A stretch of 64,000 nucleotides of DNA, from NCBI GenBank assembly GCA_030295235.1, contig AP026126.1, positions 1,984,001-2,048,000 of the forward strand. Direction: 5' to 3'. The notes under the pieces are model-generated. The model was not told the origin of the DNA, did no database searches, and worked only from the letters and a program-made list of their open reading frames with translations. How positions within the stretch are numbered: position 1 is the stretch's first letter; each line of letters opens with the position of its first letter. The stretch comes from Fistulifera solaris. Lineage: Eukaryota. A program made the position numbers and the translations under genes. This document shows positions 36,802 to 49,634 of the stretch, piece after piece.

Positions 36802-37460
36802 GAAAGAGATGGAGTTGTTTCTTTTAAAATTGTCGTGTTTCCCGTATCATGGATGCAGGCTCAAAAACGTGTTAGTTGATAGTTGTGAATGAAATGATGA
36901 AACAAAGAAGAATGAAACAAATTAATACTAAATAATGGCAACATGTAAAAACAGGATTCTTCCAGTCGCCTTGAAAGGTGAAAAGTCGCCTTGTGATGAT
37001 TGTGATGATCGGACGCAAAACCGAACCTCGGTCTCCGCTACATTCTTTTCTTACTGTCTGTGTCCTACTGGTAAATAGACTATTTTCCAGACACTCCAGC
37101 AGCGGAAATCGAAGGAATTCGCGGATGACGTCAGCAAGGAACATCTTATGGGGGTTCCGTTTTCGACCGGGTCGTGCTTGCTTACGTGCTGGTCGTTGTT
37201 CTCGCTGGCACTTTTCACCGCAGCAACTAAACGGAACACCCGCTCTTGCTGTAGTTGTGATTACCACATAGGAGTCTTTCTTATTATTTCATTTCATTTC
37301 CTTTCATTTCATCAATAAAACAAACCAGTTGCAACTTTATCGCTACCTAATACGCGTTAATCAAAAGCGGCACGAGCAAACGAACGTTGATTGATTGACA
37401 CCTCTCTAGCTTTCGAGTCCTTCTCGGTGTTTATATACTTCTTACAACCCAACAACAACA

Positions 37461-37631
37461 ATGCCATTTGCTGTTATCAATGTATTAGATCGACATCGCG
37501 CTCGCATTCAAAGTGAACGCGTTACGACGCAAGCGGATGAGACTGATGTAGAAAGAGGTGTGTCGATGGCGGAAGACGAAGATGACAGTTCGTTGGTTTC
37601 GATTCCTGACGATATCGTCGAGAACAACAAC

Positions 37632-37663
<32 letters not shown>

Positions 37664-38489
37664 CACCAACAACAATAGTGAAAGAGACACCCGTCCGGTT
37701 GAAACTGGAGACGAAACTACGACAATTCCGGTGTTCACACGACATCGCATGACATTGGCCGAATTAGAACACGAGCGCGAATTGTTTCGTCGCCGTTCGT
37801 CTCTTTGTGTCATCATTTCCATCTTTTTTCTACTCCGACTATGGATTGAAGCCATCAATGAACAAGATATGGGATTGCTAATACTGTGTCTGGTAGGGAC
37901 CAGCTGGACGGCGCGTTGGGTCAATCACAATCGGGAACGAGAACAAGAACTCGATCAAATGATTGCCAATTACAATCAACGACAAACCAATCGCAATGAT
38001 CCCATTGACATGTCCATGTTGAGTTTCCAGGCGCAATTGGCATTGGCTATTTTAGAATCGCAACGTCAAATGATGCAAGGTGGTGGATACGGTCATTCGT
38101 CCGATACACAGGGGGTCGGGGTCAGTGAGGAAGCCAAACAACAATGGAATCGTTTTGCCTATCATGATCCCAAAGCGGCCAAGCCATCCGTTTCTGGTGT
38201 CTATGGAAGTGTCAAGACACTGGAGGAGAAGGATGATGATCGTCATCATGGCGATGATACTGAAGAGCCGCATTGTTCCATTTGCTTGTGTGAATACGAA
38301 GGAGGTGATGCGTGCGTCAAATTACCCTGTCACCATATCTATCACGACGAATGCATTTCGTCATGGACCGTGAATCATACCAAATGTCCTCTTTGTAATT
38401 TGGAATTGGAAACTGTTACTATCAATCGATCGGACGAGGAAGCAGCAGCAGCCCCAACCAATAGCAACGGACTTCCCGTTATTGTATAG
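37461..38489 (+). CDS. Membrane-anchored RING-H2 E3 ubiquitin ligase
   Basis: Two hydrophobic segments and the C-terminal RING-H2 CSICLCEYEGGDACVKLPCHHIYHDECISSWTVNHTKCPLC. Confidence 0.9.
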
Positions 38490-38625
38490 CCTGTCGAAGA
38501 ATAAAGTACAATCACGAACCAATGTTAGAAAAGAAAAAAGACATTTTAAAAACACTGCTTTATCTACAAAAAAGTCTTATCAGAGTATTGCTTTCAAAAT
38601 TATTTCTCCAGCTGTAGCTGATGAT

Positions 38626-40327
38626 TCACGGATCTAAAGATCGAAAGAAGGAGCTATCATGGCTCGTGGGGGACTTTAATTTGTTGTATCGTTGTGTATT
38701 CTGTCGTTGAATACCCAAAAGAATGGTCAAGATCCCCAATGAGATGCATGCTGAAACAGCAAACGTCAAATGCACAGGATACGGTCGAACTTCCGCGGCA
38801 GCACCCAACGCTTGACTGAAACTTTGTCGATAAGGAGGAGGGACCATATTCTTGGTCAGAACGACACAAGCCAAGCAATAACAAGTCATTAAAAGCGTGA
38901 CCATGATAGTGAGCAGTGATGAGGACGCGCTGTAGGGGAGTCGGCAGCGTCCCCGATCGATACGGGTGTTGACTACTCGAGCCATGTGCTTCGAAGCAGA
39001 TGCAACGACGGAACCACGGAACGAAGAAGCGGCGATTAAGGACAGCGACAGTGCGAATGAATGTATTCATTTGTGAAATAGTCAATATTGCGGTCAATAT
39101 CAGTGACAAAAATTGAGAAAGAGAGTTGTAGTGAGCTGTCGTTACCCATTGATGACCCAACATCCAAGCAAGGGCCAAGGTCACGGGGTCACTTCGAGTA
39201 GCTCGCGGTTCGTCTTGTAAACCGGTCAATGATAAGTTCCAAAAGGCGACTGCTAATCGCACCAACAATACAATTGAAAAGGTGATACCCATCACCGAAC
39301 GAATCTTCCCCGCTCGTGTCCGGGCCCGAGCCGCCTCTACTTTCGCTAGACGCATTTCTGTCACATCTTCGACCAATTCACCCACCAATCCTTGTAGAAA
39401 ATCAATTTCCGACTGCAGTTGATGTTTTCGTGTCGTTATGTCATTTCCCATGGTGATGAAAGAATCCATATTGGTACTGGAATTGCTACGAACCGGCAGC
39501 GCTCGTCCCGTGGTGGATTTGAATTCTTCCTGTCGTTGTTGCAGTGCGGCTGCGGCTTGTTCCAATTCTTGTTCTGCCGCAACAACAACATGATCCGGTA
39601 CTGCTTCCAGAAACATGCCACTCAAATGCTGAAAGGGTAAGGACACACTACCGAATCCGTTCAAAACCGCGGATAGAAGTATGCCGATGGTCGATAAACA
39701 GGAGACGAGGCGCGTCAAGGGAGTCAACTCCGAAGACGATTTGTAAGGTACCGAAAGAGGGCCAATAAGATGATGCAAGACGAACCACATGATTCCCATG
39801 GCCAGCACACCACTGATGATGTCACGAAGGGTTATTCTGGAATGCGTGACTTCGTTTTCTGGGAGGAGATGAACCGGAAGTGTGTCGCCTTTTCTCGATT
39901 GTTGTTTTCGTTTCCTTCGAATGATCCGTTTCAATACATAAACTGGATACGATAAGATGGATAGTGCGAATTGTATAGAGTAGAAAAGATAACCACAACT
40001 GACGGGACAAGCGAGTTGAGGTGTCGTCGTCGTTGGCTTCCAACCTTTCAAATGATGTGCAAATAACAACGGAGTAACGATCAATATTTGCAGTGCAATC
40101 ATCCATAACACAACTCGATAGGCATATGTCAGAGCATTCTGGGTCATGAAGATATTCCATTCGTGCGGCGCCGCATCGAGCACCGTGAGGGCAAAGAGTG
40201 ACAAGCAAAAGAATAAACTGGCGTGAACTAGTTTCTGCACGGAAGATGATGGCGCTAACGTCGCAATCAGGTGCCGCGACAGCAGAGTGCTAACTATTGT
40301 GACTGAAGAACATATGCTTGCGTCCAT
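38626..40327 (-). CDS. GPR89: GPR89/GTG (Golgi pH regulator / GPCR-type G protein) family; frameshift near 38960
   Basis: IGILLSAVLNGFGSVSLPF, a central coiled coil ending ARTRAGK, SDPVTLAL, SQFLSLIL, and YCLACVVL...PPPYR in the downstream frame. Confidence 0.8.
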
Positions 40328-40552
40328 TCTTTTCGTTTTTATGCGTCTTGATTACTCCACATACTGTGTTTTGCATTCCCCTTTCTTCGTAAACTTGAGG
40401 GTCAACGAAAAACAAACGTGTCGCCAAAATGGCGTTTCGTGATGATGAATGATGATTTCTTCTACTTTTTCGCCATAATGAGTGCCGGTTGTTCTAAGCA
40501 AAAACGGAGGCACTCGATACTACGTACGTGTGAACACAACTTAAAGAGTGTA

Positions 40553-40584
40553 GTGGTACCCTACCGGTACCGGTACCAGTACTA
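40553..40584. repeat. GTAC/GGTACC palindromic low-complexity cluster
   Basis: gtggtaccctaccggtaccggtaccagtacta. Confidence 0.8.
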
Positions 40585-40744
40585 CTTGGTCTTGTCGCCG
40601 CAGTAGTGCGCAGTAAATGCAGGAACCAGGAACGTCCCTGTTCTTCACGCGTTGTTTTCCGTCAAGAGGAAAAAAGAAAGACAAGCAACAGACAGTGGCT
40701 CTCTTGTTTATTGAATCTGTCGATGTTGCAATATCTATCACACA

Positions 40745-42843
40745 ATGACATCATTACAGGACAAAGATGTTCCTTTATCTGCTCAGGAAGAAGCTTTCTT
40801 GTACGAAAGGGCGCTTTTTGACTATCGAAATAGTTTACAGACGACGACGACGACGACGACAACCCCCAATGACACAACAACAAAGGAAGATCGATTTTGC
40901 CAACAATTTACCGCTCGCGTCAATTTAATGTGTGCTGTACACAACAATCCTGTCTTTCGAGAGCGTACTATACAAGATTTAGAAGAAGAATCGGATTCTT
41001 ATGCGCAATTAATCGAATCTATCTTTGTTCAGAAATCACGTCGTCGACGAAATCAAACACAACTCACTCTTGTTTCGGTCGATGTAGACGCCTTTTTTGA
41101 AATGTATCCTGAATGCGTGCGAAAGTCTGATGATAATGATGATGACGCAAGTGAGGATGAAGTAGAAGAAATTACCGAACAGCCCGAAGTTGTCCTTAGG
41201 AAAGGCAGCAAAGCGAAACGCATTGCCGTCGACAAATCACATCTTCCCGTCAACAACTACCACCAAAGACCTGCTAACAATCCCTATACGTCACGGCAAC
41301 ACACCGACAGATATTTGCAAGTAACCAATCCTTCCTTGCCTTCCATCGAGCATTCTGTATCTCATCAGCAACATCCTGGATCTTGGCAAGATCCGACGCT
41401 CAAGACGAATAGCACTAGTGGCAGTATTCACAATCCATTTCAAACGGCTCGCGATGTATCATTAGCGTCGGAGCCGTCCAATAAGGCTTCGACTCATCAC
41501 CAAGCGCAACATGCAAACAGCAATAACAACAACAACAACAATGCTCCTATTCACACGTTACCACAGCACACACATGTCAACCATCATCGCACCCATAATC
41601 CCTATACGCCGCACAACAATTTTCAAACCACGACTACTTCCTGGGACCAACCTCCGTACGCCCCATCCGCAAGCGCTCCGGCTGGTGCATACAATCCCTA
41701 TCAACACAATTGTCCCAGTGTGTCATCGCCTCCGCCACCACCACCCATGGAAATACGGGATTCCCTCAAACGGAAATTTGTACCACCCGTCAAGAGAGGA
41801 TTGGCGAAAACTGTACCCAGCGTATCGGATGGGGCGGCGGCCGCTAAATTCAGTAAAGACATCAAGCCAGACACCGAAAGCGATGATGATTTGCCGGAAG
41901 AACTCAAACGATTTGGTAAAGAATTGGTCGAAAAGATTGAATCCGAAATTATGGATCGTGGTGATCCGGTCACATTTGATGACATTGCCGGTCTGTTGGA
42001 TGCGAAACAAACGGTCCAAGAAGTGGTTTGCTGGCCCATGAAACGGCCCGATTTGTTTACGGGTCTCCGACGGGCACCCAATGGTTTGTTGTTGTACGGA
42101 CCTCCCGGTACCGGGAAAACGTTGATTGGCAAGGCCATTGCTCACGAATCGGGGGCTACATTCTTTCGATTTCCAGTTCTTCCTTGACCAGTAAATGGAT
42201 TGGTGAGGGTGAAAAGTTAGTTCGAACGTTGTTTGCTGTGGCGGGTGTACGTGAACCGTCCGTGGTGTTCATTGACGAAATTGACTCGTTGTTGACACAG
42301 CGCAAGTCCGACGAGAACGAAGCATCGCGACGCATCAAGACGGAATTTTTGGTGCAACTGGACGGAACAGGAACGAGCGGACGGGGCCGCGTATTGATCA
42401 TTGGCGCCACCAACCGTCCTCAAGAACTGGATGAGGCCGCTCGACGTCGCTTTACGAAACGATTGTATATTCCACTTCCAAATGAAGATGATCGAGAGCG
42501 GTTGTTACGTGTGCTACTGGACAACAACAAGCACAGTCTGGTGGACAGTGAGATTGTGAAACTGGCCAAAGACACGGACGGTTTCAGTGGAGCTGATCTG
42601 AAAGCATTGTCGACGGATGCCGCTATGGGACCGATTCGTGAGTTAGGTTCTCGTGCGCTGGATGTGAACATAGATGACATTCCTCCGATTGCGTACAAGC
42701 ACTTCCGGCAGGCCTTGCGTGGAATCAAACCCAGCGTGGCACCGTCTGATTTGATCCAGTATGAAGAATGGGACAAAACTTACGGCAGTAATCGAAGTCA
42801 TGGAACGGAGGGCCACCATGACGAAAGTGATGACGAACAATAA
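40745..42843 (+). CDS. FIGNL1: Fidgetin-like 1 AAA+ ATPase; frameshift near 42165
   Basis: [58 protein letters not shown] (Walker A), [32 protein letters not shown] (Walker B) and [17 protein letters not shown]. Confidence 0.9.
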
Positions 42844-42936
42844 TTAGCTTAATCGACGAGTAGGCCTTGTTTGGCTTGTACAGAAACCCGATATTTTTAG
42901 CGATGAGTTGTAGATGCAACGCCTTGATTCATTACT

Positions 42937-45900
42937 TTAATGTGTTGCAACGACGAAGGAAAAGACACGCGCCCCGACCGAGCAAATATCCCCGTTGCAA
43001 AGTGGGACACTCCCTCCATCATGGCTTAAACGCCTTCCGTTAACAGTGACAACATCAACAGCGGCTAAACAACTCATCTGAAAATCGCTCTCGGGAGTCG
43101 GGGCAAACCGAATACATGCGGAGGACTCACTACAGGTCCCAGGGGCGCCTCCGATGTGACAGTCTATTCGTCCAATCGTGCCACCGATCGGTAGAACGCC
43201 AAGTCCGAGACGCTGATAGGCGTGCTGCGTTGTCTGGTTAGCACAACCTATGATTGAAACTGTCCCTTGAATAACACTGATGAACTTCTCGTTTGATCCA
43301 TCCTCGTCGTAATCCACTACCAGTAGCTGTATTGCTGTCATCGAATTCTCTTTGGACCTAATTCCATTTGTGTCAACAAAACTTTGCAAATCCCACCCGC
43401 ACGACGCTGGCGACAGCCCGACGAGCATCGCGATACCTGCACGGTTGATAGATTGATCTGGTAAACAAGGTCTCAAAACGGGAGGTGCAGGTGACATCAG
43501 ACTACCGTTATATAATACATCCCGGGCTCCTTTCAGTCTTTTGGCAGCTATTGCCATGAGTTCCAGGTCGTCAAGATTTTCGAAATGACCGTTTCGAGAT
43601 AAAATTGTAGCTCTCGCCACACCTTTAGTGATAATTCCCGTTATAGATTCCTTTAACCTGGCTGAAACAGTTGTCGAAAAACTTTTCCCTTTCCTTTCCG
43701 AAATGACTTTGATGTTCTTTTCGCTCCCCAAATTTCCGGTGCTAGATCGTTTTCGTTTTGGAGACTTTTCGGTCGACAACGGCAACTCTGGCTTAGTAAC
43801 ATCTGCGTCGTCATCTTTCTTCTTCATGGGGGTACGTTTCTTTTCTCGGTCATAAGCTCGGGAGCAGAAATTTTACCTTCTGCTATATCTTGCTTTTCAC
43901 GTTCATAGGCAGCGGCGGCTTCTTCACCTTCTTTTTGTGCTTGCCTAGTCGCTTCTTCGCCATATAGGATAAGATGTGCCCATGCGTAAATAGCAGCTGC
44001 ATCCCATTCGCTGTCAAATGTTCCCAGATAATGATTTTGTCCCATAAAAGAAATCTGGCTCTGCCATCGGTCGTGACCTTTTCTGGCTTGTCGACAAACC
44101 CCTCGGTACGCATAAACATGTCTCTTCGAATTCCCTCCAGTTCTTGATGTTTGGCGCGGGTCTCGAAGAAGAGGTTTGACATCCGGGGGTAGATCCTTCG
44201 TAAATATTGTGAGCGATTTCAACATGCACATTTCAAACTGCCAATAAATTTCGAAGGCGCTTACCTTGATATTGATGACCGAAAGAGCAGGTACGACGTT
44301 CGCAGCACTGCCACCGAGGCCACTGGTAGTTGATAGAATGTCTTCATACACGATTCGGCTTCCGTCTTCGCTGAAGTTACATTCAACATGCTGGTTACTT
44401 TTCTTATTCAGTTTAATGATCTCATCGTATTTCCGAGCAGCATCGTCAACGGCATCAAAGAACAAGATGGACTCTTTTATCTCACTTTCTTTTACCCTTT
44501 CCCCGTCGATCTTGATAAAGTGCTTACCAGTGGGGTTAATCCATACTCCACGGTATCCTGGTACTCTGATCGAGCCATCGGGGTCCTTTTCTTCTGCAAT
44601 TGATGGGCCCGACTGTGATGGTCCAGGTCTTCCTCCTTTCTTTTTCCCCACACCGCTCTTTGGACCGCCGCCTTGTCCTACAGTGGGAGGAGCGCCACTC
44701 ATGCCCAGGTTATCACTGTCGTTTGCTAAAACTTTTAATTACAATCACGATATTTGAGACTAAGATCAGCACAAATCACGCATCGTAGTGGATTGGGCTT
44801 TTACTCTACCTAAGGCGCTAACACCGCACGATCGTTCATGATGGGTTCTCGCCATAGAAGTAACACAATCAGTACTGCACGTTCGACAAAGCCAAGTTCC
44901 AGGAGGGGCATGTAACGCCGATACCTGAAACAGCATCATATTGAGAAGCACATGGAATAATGACAGAAGTTCACATTAACTCTACTCACATGCTGCCGCA
45001 AGCCTTGTTCCGACCCGAAGTGTCGTCCGCAACATACAGCCATTCGATATGCAAGCGTTCCCGCTACCTGACCATTCGCTCCTGACGATGTAGTCGACGA
45101 AGCGGTCGTGACCTCTTCGCACAAATGTCCATGCGCCCGTGATAATTTCATTACATCCAGAATAGGTTCCAGTCTTGCGCTGCCCAACTCATAGCGAAGC
45201 CAAGCTTTTTCTAGGTTGTTACCGAGCCAGTTCAGAGTCCATCGGCGTGAGGAAGACACCTTCCCACTTGAAACGAATTCCTCATCTGTCACCACGCGCG
45301 GTACGGGGCTACTTGAACCTAAATCATCGGATCCTAGACTGCCGGATAGACTTTCTACGGCAATCTTGTCCATGTTTGTCTCCTCAATGTCCCCGTTATG
45401 ATGAATAATCATCGAGCGTGCCACTAGTCGCCGAAAGTGATCCATGCTATCCGTGTCGCTGGCTATTCGACTTCTGTCCCATTCTTCACGAACGCAACCG
45501 GCGAAATGGGGCAAAACAAAGGAAACAAGGCCGGAAACAGGAACCGCTTCCAAATTGTTCCTTTGCTGCGTAGCAAATGTACTCGTGGTGACGATTCGAT
45601 GACGTGTCGTCAAGCCCACTTTTGCCTCTTTTGCTATATTGGCAGGAATACTATCCAGTTGAAAATCCCACTCTTTGAAAATTGGCGTTCCGGCTAACCC
45701 GATATGTTGATCGTTCGTGCTAAATATTCCTGTATCCCACAAGCTGCGGATGGCAGAGTTGGTATCGCTCTGAGCGGCTGCCATGAACCCAACTCCCTGG
45801 TCCACGACGGTAATGTCGAAGGGTATCTGGCAAAAATGTAAGTAATCCTTCAGAAAGATTTTGTATGAAGTGATCAACACATGGAAAGGCGCGTCAGGAA

Positions 45901-47144
45901 GACCATTTGCATGTGGAAAGTATCTCCTCCATTGACGTCGATTACGTTTTGTCCCGCCGTAGGGTAAAGCTCGAAGAGAACGAGATTCGTTGGCCGTTAT
46001 AAGCCCTAGGTGCTCTTGCACAATAAGAAATTCTCGTGCATATAGATTGACCTCTGGTTCCGTAGTGATAATCAAATGCGGCCCCATTCGATCTCTCAGT
46101 ATGTCGGCAATGCGTCCATGTCGATTTTTCCAGTCCAAATCCTGATAGATAGCGTGACCAGCACCTTTCTCTAAAACGCTCAAAAATCGGTTCCGGCAAT
46201 TGTTCCGCCACCACTCCGTAATCGCTGCATCATTTGGCTGGTAGGGAAAGGAATGTTCCATTTCCTGATCGGAATCGTCGTCGTCACTGATAATTGCTTG
46301 ATGTCGCTCGCGCCAATCAAAAAAATTCGGTAATTTCAAAAATCCTGATTGTGACTGCGATGCTGCGTAATCCAGCCTGTTCCGACGCCTTAAGTCTGAT
46401 CGCCTTATAGCATTCTGAACGACCTGGATCGTCCGTTGACCTAAAGTTTGTGCTTCAATGACCACAGCGCCTAAATTGATATTGCTGGTCGGTTTCTTGC
46501 CGATTTCGGGATGCTGAGGTACCGCTAAAATTTCAATGTCGCTTCCCGGTGTTAAGGCTGTCCAGACCATATTTCCCCCAGCACATAAAATGGCCCTGGA
46601 ACTTGTGAAACGAAAGTCCAAAGCTGCAGCAGATGAAGCCGGAGTATTGCGGGTAAATTTGGGACCTTCGGAGGATGCAGGGACAGTTGACTCCAAGGGA
46701 ACTTTGGGCGCCGAGGATGCAGTCTCCGTTTTAGTAATCTTTTCGTCCGCTTGGGATTCATCCTCTTTGACGCTTTTCCGTTTCGCGTGTTCCTTATTAT
46801 CATGTGATCGTCGTAAACAATCTATGCGCTTCGTTTGAAGCTCTTTGTACTCCAGTAACTTATCCGGTAGCTTGGACGCAAAATCTTCGTCTTCTTCATC
46901 ATCTTTGTCTTTTTTCTCCTTTGAGGTATGATTGCTTCTCGATAGCATCAATAAGCGTTGTAGCAGCAATGTCAAAGATAGAAGGAAGAATGTCTTTCAG
47001 TGCCTGCCGTTTGCGCTCTGCTGCTTCGTGATCGAAGCGTGTCGACACCAGAGGTTCACGTAAAACTGTTTCTTCCCACAAATCTAGTCGATCATCTTTG
47101 AGTTGCTGCGCCGCATCTCGAAGTCTCCACGGTTTTTCTTCCAT
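42937..47144 (-). CDS. Large nuclear protein: degenerate SNF2_N-like region, C2H2-type zinc fingers, two AP2-like domains and a C-terminal FHA-like domain; introns 44989-44925, 44809-44726 and 44264-44196; frameshifts near 46975 and 43840
   Basis: GPHLIITT...LPYGGTKRNRR...FHVLITSYKIFLKD...FDITVVDQG (SNF2_N-like); CCGRHFGSEQGLRQH|VSALH and WLCRTCSTDCVTSMARTHHERSC (Zn fingers); YRGVWIN...DAARKYD and YRGVCRQ...RWQSQISFMGQNHYLGTFDSEWDAAAIY (AP2); VTVNGRRL...VPLCNGDICSVGARVFSF (FHA). The GT-AG introns restore one frame. Confidence 0.75.
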
Positions 47145-47391
47145 TTTGTCAGATAGTAGCAGCACTGAAGAGAGGCTCACAAGAGGATTTTAAAAATGAT
47201 CAACACCGCTTCAGCTTTAACAGTTTTGATGAAACCAATTCAACATCAGATAACTCATAAAAATTCCAGTTTCCTTTGTAAATTGTCATGCATCACTAAA
47301 GCGGCCGCGCGGGCAAGCGCCATGGTTAGTTAATCAAAAATTAAGATGATGCCAGCCGTCGGCCGTCGATGATCGATGACACGCTCTCTCA

Positions 47392-48725
47392 GGCCCGTTC
47401 CTAACCAAAATATCGTACCCCCAATCCATCGTACGTCAACGTACGAAGGAAGCTGGGTGACGATGTTCCAGTCCTAACCGAATCGCTTCCATCGTACCAT
47501 CCGGCATTCAGACCCCACTGATTAATTGGCGCCAATTTGACATTCCGATCCGCAAAACAATCATTCCTCCATAACTTCATTTATTATTTCGTCTTACTTA
47601 TCCTACGCAATTGCGGACAACGGAACGTATACAACATATTTATTATTTCGTCTTACTTATCCTACGCAATTGCGGACAACGGAACGTATACAACATAAAA
47701 TTCAAAAACAATCTTCGTCATGATTCTCCGTCGGCTGCATCATTTGGTCGTCTCATAATTGTCACCTAGGGGTCGTTGTGGATAATGTTTGTTTTGCAAT
47801 TGTTTTTATAAATCTTTCAATGCTATCGTTTGATTGTATTTCCTTCCCTTGCATTTTGCTTTGTTCTTTGGCTATTTGATCGCGACATCCGACGCGGTAA
47901 GAGTTACCATCGCTTCATGGCGTCGTTGTGCGATTGGTTTGACCGGTCGTGCAACTGTGATTCAGTTCCTTGATGCATTTGCTCGCCATTTTATAGGCTT
48001 TCGGACTGATGGGTTGACTGCTTTGTCAGAGGCTGTCGATGGATGCCCTTAAAGGTCAATTGTTTTGCCGTTTGCTTTCCTTTGAGCCGGGCGTTTGTCG
48101 GATGGGTCGCTATCGGAATTGAACAACAATAATAGTGATAAGTAAACAAAACAATGATTATAATACATTTAAGTTATTAACAAGCTAGAGTTCTTGTTGA
48201 TAATCTTCGTTGTAGACTATGTTCATGCTTCAATTAATCATCTCGATGACTTACCTTTCTCTTTGACGAAGTCGCTGGCCAAATCACAAAATCGTGTGAA
48301 TCCAACATAACAGCCATGCCATCATCGCCAGTGGAAGAAAGCAACATTTCGACCAGCTTCGTTGAAACGCTTCGAAAATAGGTTGTTGCTGCAATGGAAG
48401 CGTTTCCTTGGCTCACGACAATAACATTGTTTTTATTCATGTTCCGTACCAAAAAGGGATAGCTGTGTCCTAACAATAATGATGGATGATTTCTTCCAAA
48501 TTATTGAAAAGTGTGTGCGTCAAAGAAATTTTATTGGAATGTCAATTCGTTGTTATTCAAAAGGTTCCCAGTTTATGGTTCGAGTTTGGATACGATGGAT
48601 CGCATCGTACCCCATCGCACGCGAGGGTACGATGGAAATCCATCGCACAAAAAAAAGGGATAACCCGGAAATGAGTGCGATGAAGTGTACGATATTGGGT
48701 ACGATATTTTGGTTAGGAACGGGCC
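47392..48725. mobile_element. Non-autonomous PIF/Harbinger-type DNA transposon (1334 bp)
   Basis: Perfect 29-bp TIRs: ggcccgttcctaaccaaaatatcgtaccc (47392-47420) and its reverse complement (48697-48725). Both ends are flanked by TCA (47389-47391 and 48726-48728). GGCC-start TIRs with a 3-bp TNA duplication are typical of PIF/Harbinger/Tourist elements. No intact transposase ORF. Confidence 0.9.
47579..47696. repeat. Perfect 59-bp tandem duplication inside the TIR element
   Basis: atttattatttcgtcttacttatcctacgcaattgcggacaacggaacgtatacaacat occurs at 47579-47637 and 47638-47696. Confidence 0.95.
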
Positions 48726-49634
48726 TCAGCTAGAAACGTTTGGATTGAGTTGGATGTTTTACTTGTACGTCGATTTCATGTAAACCTCGTAGGGAAATTG
48801 ATCGACAGAGCAAAACCCGGATATTACGTGTTTCGACCTCCTCCATTCCTCGGGTCTTCCGGCCCCCGTTTGAATTGTAAAATAACTCTCTCCAACACTG
48901 ACAAGAGACAATGATCGTCGTTGATGGGGCATCAAAACATGAAAAGAAGAACACAAGATGCGATGGCTTGAAAGTCTACGTGCATTTCACGTACCGGTGC
49001 TACCAGGTAGGAAGGCCTTTGAGGACATTTATTTTAGACCGAGGACAACCCGGATATTGATGTCACAGCGGAAATGGAACTCTGAGGAATGGCTTGGCCG
49101 TTGTCCGTCTCAGTTTTCGTGACACCTCACGTTCTCACCAATCCGAACTCTGGAATGAATCGAATTCGCTGTGGAGAGCAAACGTAGGTTTGTACCACAT
49201 TACTTGTACGGTGTAAGGTTACTGGCTTTCTCGACAAAGTACAAAGTATTGAGATGTTCGTTTGTCCTAGTTCCGGCACTTTGCTCATCCCCACGGGACT
49301 CTTTCGGGAGAACTGTACCATAAACTTAGAATGTACAACGGAGCCGTTGTTGAGGAGGAGTCGTCACGAAAGACCAAGGGACACTCACGGTGCGAAACAA
49401 AAGACGGAGCCAACGAACGAAAAAAAAACCGTCCGAAATCGGTTCCAGCCAGCAGTAGCCATTTGACGGCAACTACAAGTACAAAGTAGACAATTCATAA
49501 CACCGTGTTCAAAGCAACATTAACAACAGGAGAGTATCTGTCACATTTCTCCTACACCATTGCTTACAACCGTCGGAGACAGGCGCGAATAGATAGAAAG
49601 ATAACAGAGCACACACGAGACACGCGCAGTTGAA

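Noticed and set aside
37620..37676. (AAC)n/(ACC)n microsatellite; similar tracts at 15373-15398, 40840-40862 and 50672-50690
   Set aside because: Ordinary simple repeats, coding poly-N/T or lying in UTRs.
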